Shown here piece after piece: positions 18,099 through 25,602 of a stretch of DNA of 64,000 nt. A program made the position numbers and the translations under genes. Source of the DNA: Chloroflexota bacterium (lineage in GTDB: Bacteria > Chloroflexota > Limnocylindria > Limnocylindrales > CSP1-4); contig JACPOS010000030.1 of the NCBI GenBank assembly GCA_016191395.1, forward strand, positions 4,235 to 68,234, read 5' to 3'. Below the pieces are notes generated by a model that saw only the letters and a program-made list of their open reading frames with translations, was not told where the DNA came from and ran no database searches. The stretch's first letter is position 1, and every line of letters begins with the position of its first letter.

Positions 18099-19442
18099 TC
18101 AGACGGAGCGAAGGCCTCGCGGCGGCCAGGTCCAGTCGACCGGCAGGTGGGCGGCCGCAAGCGCGCGCCGGCGGCCTGCCTCGCCCGCGCCGAGAATCAC
18201 GATTCGATCCACCTGGGTGGCGCGCCCAGCCTCCGCGCCCCACAGCCTGGTCATCTTGCGGTGGGCGTGGACGTCGTCGGCCGCGATCCCGGCGAGGCGG
18301 AACCCTGCCGGCGCCGCGGCCGCCTCCCACACCCGCTCTGCCAGGTCGTGGCCGTCGGTCACGTCCCGGCCGCGGTCCGTGGTGACGTCGCCGATCACGA
18401 GCACCACGATGCCGTCATCGGTCATCGCCGGCCGCAGGTCGGCCAGGACCGTCTTCATGAAGTCGAGGTACGGCGCGCGCCGGTGCGCGTCATCGAGCGA
18501 CGCGTCGATGGCCCGCGAGTCGAAGCCGAGGAACCACGTCCGAAGCCAGTTGTAGTACCCGTACTTGACGACGCGCAGGTACGGCGGCGACGTCACCACC
18601 AGCCGCGCGCGGTCCGGCAGGCCTCGCCCGCGGAGCGCCTGCGCGGCGCGCGTCCCGGCGTCGCGCGCGTCGCCGAGCAGGGCAAGGCCGGCGGCGCGGG
18701 GCAGGGGATCGCGGTAGAGCCGCGTCAGCTTGGCGTCCAGGCCATCGAACGCGTCGCGCTGCGGTGATTGGAATTCCGTCCGGGCGGCAAAGTCGCGGAC
18801 GTAGCGCGGGGCCATGCTGAACGTGTTGGGCATGAGCGTTGACAGGTAGGACGGGCTCTTCCCGTGGAGGATGCCCACGGTCGCGGCGGCGAGGAATCGA
18901 TCCACCGGGACGCGGAGGTCCAGCGCGTCCCGCAGGAACAGCAGCTGCGCGAAGGTCCGCGGGTGGAACGCGAGGATGACCTCGTCCGGAACGGGCTCGG
19001 GGCCGCCGGTCGCCGGTGACTCGCGGATCGCGTCGGCGAGGTCCCGCCACCGGTTGCCGGCCGATGCCCAGGCAAGCCGGAGTGCCGTCGCACGCGTCCG
19101 GGCCTGTGCGGCGGTCGGCGCGTCCACCTTGGCGGCGGTCAGCAGGTGCGCAAACGGGTTGAGGTCGTTGCCGACGCCGATCCGACCCTCCGCGGATGCC
19201 TGGAGGGGCGCGGTACCCCGGCCTGAGAAGGGATCCAGGACGACGTCACCGGGGCGGCTGTAGCGGGCGATGAACGCGTGCGTGAGTGCGGCCGGGAAGC
19301 TCGCGAGATACGAGCACATCGGGTGGAGCGAGTGGCCCCATAGCCGGGGCTGCGCCTTCCACTCCGGCTCCAGGGCAAGGCGCGGGATGCCGAGGCCAAG
19401 CTCGAGCTGAAGGGTGCTGCCGCTGGTTGGGCCCGCGGTCAT
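18099..19442 (-). CDS. DNA methyltransferase, beta-class N6-adenine/N4-cytosine (DNA_methylase_N-4/N-6 family), apparently orphan
   Basis: AdoMet motif I VLDPFSGRGTAP precedes the catalytic motif IV VVTSPPYL. This motif order is typical of beta-class amino-MTases. Start taken at internal Met MTAGPTSG (19442). No adjacent endonuclease-like gene. Confidence 0.8.
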   Translation of the reverse strand: MTAGPTSGSTLQLELGLGIPRLALEPEWKAQPRLWGHSLHPMCSYLASFPAALTHAFIARYSRPGDVVLDPFSGRGTAPLQASAEGRIGVGNDLNPFAHLLTAAKVDAPTAAQARTRATALRLAWASAGNRWRDLADAIRESPATGGPEPVPDEVILAFHPRTFAQLLFLRDALDLRVPVDRFLAAATVGILHGKSPSYLSTLMPNTFSMAPRYVRDFAARTEFQSPQRDAFDGLDAKLTRLYRDPLPRAAGLALLGDARDAGTRAAQALRGRGLPDRARLVVTSPPYLRVVKYGYYNWLRTWFLGFDSRAIDASLDDAHRRAPYLDFMKTVLADLRPAMTDDGIVVLVIGDVTTDRGRDVTDGHDLAERVWEAAAAPAGFRLAGIAADDVHAHRKMTRLWGAEAGRATQVDRIVILGAGEAGRRRALAAAHLPVDWTWPPRGLRSV

Positions 19443-19549
19443 CGAGCGATCTGCACTCCGATCGGGGCCCGTTCGGGCCACCGGGCGGCGGAGCATAGCA
19501 CCAGCGGTTCGTGGCTCCGGGCGCCCCGGGGAGGCCGGCCGGTACTGGG

Positions 19550-20935
19550 CTAGGGCTGGATGAAGATGAAGTTCTGGAGGTCCAGGCCGCCGATCTGGCG
19601 GTCATAGATGCTGTCCAGGAAGATCGTGCCGCCGCCGGCGTCCGGTGGCGGGGTGGGCTGTGGTGCGAGGATCGCCCCGTCGTAGAGCTGCCGGAACAGC
19701 GCCTCCGCGTCTGCCTTGGCGATCACGAAGGTGAAGCGTGCCCCGCTCGCGTCCTGGACCAGCGCGTACGACGGCGCGCCGACGAGCAGCGGCGCAAGAT
19801 CGATGGAGACCTGGGTCAGGTCGCCCTTCGTTCCGTCAGCCGCGCTGTACGGGTAGTGCCAGGTCTTCCAGGTGGCCGTGATGGGCAGGGTGCCGCTCGG
19901 CGTGCTCGTGAACGAGATCAGGCGAGCGCCCTGGGCCTTCCCCTGCAGGCCGGCCAGCATCGTGATGATCCGATCCTTCACCCCGTCGCGACACGGATCC
20001 TTGGGCGGGCAGACGAAGCTCATCATCGGTGTCTCGAACCCGTTCTTGTCGCCCGCGGCCACGAGCAGATCCGGTGGCCCGAGCTTCGGCGTGGGGGTGG
20101 GTCCGGCGGTGGGCGGCGGACCGGTGGGCGCGACCGTTGGTGCCAGGGTGACGACCGGGGTCGCCGTGGCGACCGCCGCGGCCGTTGGGGTCGGCTTCGC
20201 ATCGAGGCCAAGCATGCGCGGCAGGACCAGGACCGCAGCGATGGCCGCGATGAGCAGGCCACCGGCCGGCTTGATCCAGCCGGGGATGATCGCGCGCTGC
20301 TCGAGGGTAGCGGGGACCTGGAAGGAGCCCGCCGTCGGCTCGTCGATCTGGACGGCGAATGGAACGCGCTTCGGCGAGCCCAGCCAGAACGTCGTCTTCG
20401 GCTTGACCCGGGTGCGAATCGTCGCCGAGCCGCCCGGGCGAAGACCGGCGCGGTCCGGGATGACCTCGAAGTTGAGCAGGCGGTCCGGATCGCTCGCCTT
20501 GACCGAGACCTCCGCGACCGAGTTGCCGACGTTCTGGATCGTGACGTCGTGCGAGCCCGAGCGGCTGCCGCGCGACGTCTGCGGCACGATCTCCGAGGCC
20601 AGCTGGACGAACGGCGCGACGACGATGTGCCCTTCCTCGACGGTGGACGCGCTCGCGTCCGATGCGGCACGGACGGCGATGCCGAAGGGGTAGGTGTCGG
20701 CCGCCGGATCCGGCGCTCGATGCGGAGCGAAGGTGACCCGAGCCTCACCCTCCTTGTCCGGGAAGAGGCGCAACGACGGGGGGTCGACGGTCGCCCACGG
20801 CGCGGTGGGCCCGACCACGGTGATGTCGAACTGGTCGACGATCGTGCCGCGGTTCCTGACCCGGACGACGAGGGAGGTGGCGGCGCCGGCTTCGACCTGG
20901 AGGTTGGCCGGGTCAATGGTCGCGAGGACGCTCAT
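19550..20935 (-). CDS. membrane protein with two N-terminal Ig/CARDB-like beta-sandwich domains, one TM helix, a Pro-rich linker and a C-terminal globular domain
   Basis: 461 aa. Repeated beta-sandwich segments (LVVRVRNRGTIVDQFDITVVG...; HDVTIQNVGNSVAEVSVKAS...). TM helix GGLLIAAIAAVLVLP. Linker PTPTAAAVATATPVVTLAPTVAPTGPPPTAGPTPTP. Function unknown. Confidence 0.6.
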   Translation of the reverse strand: MSVLATIDPANLQVEAGAATSLVVRVRNRGTIVDQFDITVVGPTAPWATVDPPSLRLFPDKEGEARVTFAPHRAPDPAADTYPFGIAVRAASDASASTVEEGHIVVAPFVQLASEIVPQTSRGSRSGSHDVTIQNVGNSVAEVSVKASDPDRLLNFEVIPDRAGLRPGGSATIRTRVKPKTTFWLGSPKRVPFAVQIDEPTAGSFQVPATLEQRAIIPGWIKPAGGLLIAAIAAVLVLPRMLGLDAKPTPTAAAVATATPVVTLAPTVAPTGPPPTAGPTPTPKLGPPDLLVAAGDKNGFETPMMSFVCPPKDPCRDGVKDRIITMLAGLQGKAQGARLISFTSTPSGTLPITATWKTWHYPYSAADGTKGDLTQVSIDLAPLLVGAPSYALVQDASGARFTFVIAKADAEALFRQLYDGAILAPQPTPPPDAGGGTIFLDSIYDRQIGGLDLQNFIFIQP

Positions 20936-21017
20936 GGCCCGAGTCTACACCGGGGTTTCGGCGGACTACACTGCCCCGGTCGGCGGCTCGTCATGAGACA
21001 AAGGGGATCCCCAGGTC

Positions 21018-22460
21018 GTGATCAAATGCGGCGTTTGCGGCTCGGAGAACGAGGCAGCGGCCCTGTTCTGCGGCACGTGCGGGAGCCCGCTTGCGCCCGC
21101 CGAGGCGACGGCCATCGCCGACGACGCCACCAGGACGGTCGAAGCCACGACTCCCGAGCCGGACGAGGCCGTGGTGCCCGGCAAGGGTGGCGCCCGGCGC
21201 GACCTCGGGACCGGTGGCGAGAGCACCACCGTGCCCGATGCCACGACGGTCACGCCGACGCCGGAGCCAATCGCCGACGTGGAGACCGCGCCCGGCGGCC
21301 CGACCATCACGTGCGGCGTGTGCGGCACGATCAACGACGCGTCGCGGACCTACTGCCGCAAGTGCGCGAGCGAGCTCAGGCCCGCGCCGCCCCCGCCCCC
21401 GCCGCCGCCGCCTCCGCCACCTGCCAGGCGGATCTCGCCCCTCGCCCTGGGCCTCGGCGCCGGTGCGATCGTCGTGGCGATCGCCCTCGTTGCCGTCCTC
21501 GTGCTTGGTGGGGGCAAGCCCGGCGCGACGCTCGCTCCAACGGCCCAGGCGACCACGCCGGCGCCCACGGGTACACAGGCCGCCGTGGTGCCAACGACCG
21601 GGCCGACCGTCGCCCCGACGGCGACCGCCAGGACCTTCACCGAAGGCGCCCTGTCCGGCCAGATCGCGTTCTCTCGCTGCGTGGCCGGCACCAAGTGCGC
21701 CATCTTCCTGCGCCCGGCCGACTCCTCCGCGAAGCCGCGCCGAATCATCGGCGTGAACAACGCCGACGCTCTTGACCCGGCGATCTCTCCGGATGGCAAG
21801 ACGATCGTGTACGTCACCGAGCCCGGACTGGACATCGTGACCATCGCGAGCCGCCAGGTTGTGCAGCACTCCACGGGCGCCGGCGACACGACTCCGGCCT
21901 GGTCGCCGGACGGCACGCAGATCACCTTCGCCGGCCACCGAGATCGAGACAAGAACGGCACCGACCTGGAGATTCGGATCGACGGCCTTGCCGCCTCCAG
22001 CTCGTCGCGGGCACTGACGGTCAACGACGTTGCCGATCACGACCCGGTCTTCACCCCTGACGGCCTGTCCATCATCTTCGTCCAGGGCTCGGGGGACGAG
22101 CGCGAGCTGAAGATGCTCACGATCGCCACCGGCGAGATCAAGGCCCTCACCACGGATGCGTTCGCGGACGAGGACCCGGCCGTCTCGCCCGACGGAACGT
22201 TGCTCGCCTTCGCCAGCAAGCGCGGTGACGGCAGCACGTTCGACCTGTTCCTGATGGACCTCAAGACGCTCCAGATCACCCCGCTGCCGGCGAGGGACGG
22301 GAACGACAACGATCCGGCGTGGTCGCCCGGCGGTCGCTACATCGTCTTCTCCGGCGGCCCCGACGGCGCCAAGGACCTGTTCATCCTGGACCTGTCAACG
22401 ATGAAGACGTCGACGTTCACCAAGGACGCAGGGAGCGACATCCAACCGTCCTGGCGCTGA
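21018..22460 (+). CDS. double zinc-ribbon / TM / TolB-like (PD40) beta-propeller protein
   Basis: N-terminus MIKCGVCGSENEAAALFCGTCG and second ribbon ITCGVCGTINDASRTYCRKCA. 12-Pro run. TM helix LALGLGAGAIVVAIALVAVLVLGG. At least 5 PD40-type repeats (DPAISPDGKTIVYV, TPAWSPDGTQITFA, DPVFTPDGLSIIFV, DPAVSPDGTLLAFAS, DPAWSPGGRYIVFSG). Confidence 0.75.
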   Translation: MIKCGVCGSENEAAALFCGTCGSPLAPAEATAIADDATRTVEATTPEPDEAVVPGKGGARRDLGTGGESTTVPDATTVTPTPEPIADVETAPGGPTITCGVCGTINDASRTYCRKCASELRPAPPPPPPPPPPPPARRISPLALGLGAGAIVVAIALVAVLVLGGGKPGATLAPTAQATTPAPTGTQAAVVPTTGPTVAPTATARTFTEGALSGQIAFSRCVAGTKCAIFLRPADSSAKPRRIIGVNNADALDPAISPDGKTIVYVTEPGLDIVTIASRQVVQHSTGAGDTTPAWSPDGTQITFAGHRDRDKNGTDLEIRIDGLAASSSSRALTVNDVADHDPVFTPDGLSIIFVQGSGDERELKMLTIATGEIKALTTDAFADEDPAVSPDGTLLAFASKRGDGSTFDLFLMDLKTLQITPLPARDGNDNDPAWSPGGRYIVFSGGPDGAKDLFILDLSTMKTSTFTKDAGSDIQPSWR

Positions 22461-22566
22461 TCAGAGCCGTCATCGCCTGCCGAAAAAGGCTGGACCCGGC
22501 AGGAACCACAATGGCACCATACGAAACCCTTCCCATCGACCCATCGACACTCCAGGGGGCCTGACG

Positions 22567-25500
22567 TTGCCAGAGGAGCGGCACGATGCTCGGGCCCGAC
22601 GCCCGTCGCCTGCGGGTGCCCAGCCGCCCTCGGTGGTCCCGGCGAAGGTTCGCGTCCCCACGGCCGAGGCACTCCCGCGGGAGCGCCTGGAAGGACAGCT
22701 CGCCGCAGCGGTGGAGCGGCATCGGCTGACCCTCGTCATCGCTCCCGCCGGCGCCGGCAAGACGACGCTCCTGGCCCGCTTCGCCGCGTCGACGCGCCTG
22801 CCCGTGGCCTGGTACCGGGCGGAGACCTGGGACGACGATCCGTCGCGCATGCTCCGGCATCTGGAGGCGGCGCTCGGCGCGGCGCTGCCGGGACTGCCAT
22901 CGGGCTGGTCCGACGTCGAGGACGCGGCCCGGTCGTTGGAGCGGTGGACCGGCGGGCCCGCCGCGCTCGTCATCGACGACCTTCACGCCCTCGAGGGCAC
23001 GGCGGCCGAGGCGGTCCTGAGCCGGCTGGTGGACTACGCGCCGCCATGGCTCCGGATCCTCGCAGCGTCGCGTGTCAGGCCCGACTTCAACCTGCCGCGC
23101 CTCCGCGTGTCGGGTGACCTCCTGCAGATCGAGGGCGACGACCTCCGCTTCCGGTCATGGGAGGTGGAGCGGCTGTTCCGGGACTTCTACCGCGATCCCG
23201 TGCCCCCGAGCGAGCTGGCCGTCCTCGCCCGACGCACGGAGGGCTGGGCCGCGGGCCTGCAGCTGTTCCACCTCGCCACGCGGGGCAAGTCTGCCGACGA
23301 GCGACGCCGGATCCTGGGCGGGGTGGGCTCCAGCACGCGACTGCTGCGCGACTACCTGGCCCGCAACGTTCTCTCCGAGCTGCCCGACGACCTCCGCCGA
23401 TTCCTCGTGGACACGTGCGTCCTCGTTCGCCTCACGGGTGACCTCTGCGACGAGCTGCTCGACCGGCGGGGGAGCGCGCTCCTGCTCGAGGAGCTTGCCC
23501 GCCGGCAGCTGTTCACGGTGGTCGTCGACGAGAGCGAGGGCTCGTATCGGTACCACGAGGTGCTCCGCTCGCACCTCGACCGGATGCTGGTAGAGGAGGT
23601 CGGCGAGGCGGAGGCGCGCCGGCGCCACCAGCGCGCCGCGAGCCTCCTGGAGCGCAGCGGCGCGCTGTCCGAGGCGCTCGTCGGGTACTGCCGGGCGGAG
23701 GACTGGCCGGCGGTGTCCAGCCTTGTCGGCAATCGGGGCGAGCAGGTCGCCGGCGGAGCCGGCCTGCGCCTGGAGCTGCTGCCCCCGGCGCTCGTCCGCG
23801 ACAGCCCATGGCTCGCCCTCGCCTCGGCTCGCCGAGCCCGGGCCGAAGGCCGCTGGGGGGCCGCCCTGGAGTCGTACGCCCGCGCCGAGGCCGCGTTTGG
23901 GGCCTCGACGGCCGGCTCCACCTGCCGCGGTGAGCGCCTCGCCCTGTCCGCCTGGCTTGACCCGGTTGCGATCCCGCCCGCGGACTGGACCGGGGTCCTT
24001 CGCGCAGGCCTCGTCCGCGAGCCGCTGGCCGCGGCGCGCGATTCGCGCCTGGACCCGGAGCACCGCGACCTGGTGCGAGGGCTTCTCCTCCTCGCCGCCG
24101 GCGAGGTTGCCGAGGCGCGTCGCGCGCTGACGGAGGCCAGCCAGCTCGAGGAGCTGGACCCGTCGCTTGGCGCGGCCGCGGCGGTTGGTGCGGCGGTTGC
24201 CGCCCTCCTCGCGGGGGAGCCCGGGGCGGTTCGCCAGCTCGCCGACGCGATCGACATCGCCGAGCGCACGGGCCTGCCATGGCTCGCTCGAATGGGCCGC
24301 CTGGCGGCGAGCATCGGCAACGCGGAGCTGGACCGGAGCTCGTCGGACGAGCCCGTTCACCCCGATGCGATCAGTGCGGAGACGGACCCGTGGGGCGCGC
24401 TGCTCGCCGCCCTGGTCGAGGCGTGGGTCGCCGAGTCGACGGCCACCGAGGTCGTGGGCGAGATTCGAATCGCGGCCGCGGAGCGTGCCGCAGCCCTCGC
24501 GCGCCGGCTCGGCGCGGGCGTCCTCGAGGCGCTGGCCCGCGGCCTGGCCGCGTACGGGATGGCCGAGACGAATGCGCCGGAGGTACGCGAGACCGCGCTC
24601 GCGGTCGAGAGCCTGGCGCGTGCAACCGGCACGTCCGCGCCGCGCCTCCTCGCCTACGCCGCGCTCGCCGACGCGAGCCCGGCTCGCAGGGAGGAGTACG
24701 AGCTGCTCGCGGACAACGTCCGCCGCGAGACCGGCCTTCGCCTGCCAGTCCGGCATGACGCCGCGCCAACTCCCGGCGCGGTCGAGCCGCAAAGCGGCTC
24801 CGTGTTGCAGGACAGCCGGGTCGTGCTGCCGCCCCTGGCGCGCGGGCACGGCATCGACATCCGAGCATTCGGTGGCTTCGCGGTGGAGGTCGAAGGCCGC
24901 GCCGTCCCACTGGACGGGGTCAAGCCGCGCGCCCGCGCCGTCCTTCGATTCCTCGCCGTACGCCCGGGTGTGGCGATCCACCGGGAGGTGATCCAGGAAG
25001 CCCTCTGGCCGGACGTGGACTCGCCCACGGGCGCCCGAAGCCTCCACGTCGCCGTATCGGCGCTGCGTGGGCTCTTCGCGGAGGCCCTCGCCGCGGACGC
25101 GACCCGGCTCATTGCCCGCGAGGGTGACGCGTACCGGCTCGCGGTGGATCCGACCTCCGTCGACGTGGGGCGGTTCGAGCGCGAGATGGCCCGAGCGCGG
25201 GCCTCGCGGAACGGCGCCGGCAAGGTCGGCACCGGAACGGCGGAGTTCGCGGCCGCGCTCGCCCTGTACCGGGGCGACCTCCTGCCCCAGGACGGACCGG
25301 CCGAGTGGGCCGTGGAGCGTCGGGAGCACTTCCGCCGCGAGGCCGTCGAGGCCGCGACGATCGTGGCCGAGGATGCCCTCGCATCGGGCGATCTCGAGGA
25401 GGCGATCCGCGTCTGCCGCCGCGGGCTTGAGCTGGACCGGTTCCACGATCCACTGTGGCGCGTGCTCATCGCGGCTCGCGACCAGGCTGGGGACGCCGGT

Positions 25501-25584
25501 GCAGCGAGTCGCGATCGCCGGGAGTACGCCTCCATCCTGGAGGGCTTGGGCCTCAGCCCGGAGCTGGCCGCGAACTCGGCCTGA
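22567..25584 (+). CDS. STAND-type NTPase transcriptional regulator with C-terminal SARP (OmpR-type winged helix plus BTAD) DNA-binding module
   Basis: Walker A LVIAPAGAGKTTLLARF preceded by a MalT-like N-terminal pattern. Long helical/TPR-like middle. C-terminal OmpR-type wHTH (IDIRAFGGFAVEVEGRAVPLDGVKPRARAVLRFLAVRPGVAIHREVIQEALWPD) followed by BTAD (ALALYRGDLLPQD...RVLIAA). TTG start at 22567; the true start may be ~20 codons downstream. Confidence 0.8.
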   Translation: MPEERHDARARRPSPAGAQPPSVVPAKVRVPTAEALPRERLEGQLAAAVERHRLTLVIAPAGAGKTTLLARFAASTRLPVAWYRAETWDDDPSRMLRHLEAALGAALPGLPSGWSDVEDAARSLERWTGGPAALVIDDLHALEGTAAEAVLSRLVDYAPPWLRILAASRVRPDFNLPRLRVSGDLLQIEGDDLRFRSWEVERLFRDFYRDPVPPSELAVLARRTEGWAAGLQLFHLATRGKSADERRRILGGVGSSTRLLRDYLARNVLSELPDDLRRFLVDTCVLVRLTGDLCDELLDRRGSALLLEELARRQLFTVVVDESEGSYRYHEVLRSHLDRMLVEEVGEAEARRRHQRAASLLERSGALSEALVGYCRAEDWPAVSSLVGNRGEQVAGGAGLRLELLPPALVRDSPWLALASARRARAEGRWGAALESYARAEAAFGASTAGSTCRGERLALSAWLDPVAIPPADWTGVLRAGLVREPLAAARDSRLDPEHRDLVRGLLLLAAGEVAEARRALTEASQLEELDPSLGAAAAVGAAVAALLAGEPGAVRQLADAIDIAERTGLPWLARMGRLAASIGNAELDRSSSDEPVHPDAISAETDPWGALLAALVEAWVAESTATEVVGEIRIAAAERAAALARRLGAGVLEALARGLAAYGMAETNAPEVRETALAVESLARATGTSAPRLLAYAALADASPARREEYELLADNVRRETGLRLPVRHDAAPTPGAVEPQSGSVLQDSRVVLPPLARGHGIDIRAFGGFAVEVEGRAVPLDGVKPRARAVLRFLAVRPGVAIHREVIQEALWPDVDSPTGARSLHVAVSALRGLFAEALAADATRLIAREGDAYRLAVDPTSVDVGRFEREMARARASRNGAGKVGTGTAEFAAALALYRGDLLPQDGPAEWAVERREHFRREAVEAATIVAEDALASGDLEEAIRVCRRGLELDRFHDPLWRVLIAARDQAGDAGAASRDRREYASILEGLGLSPELAANSA

Positions 25585-25602
25585 GCGTTCGCGTCGGCCG
25601 CG

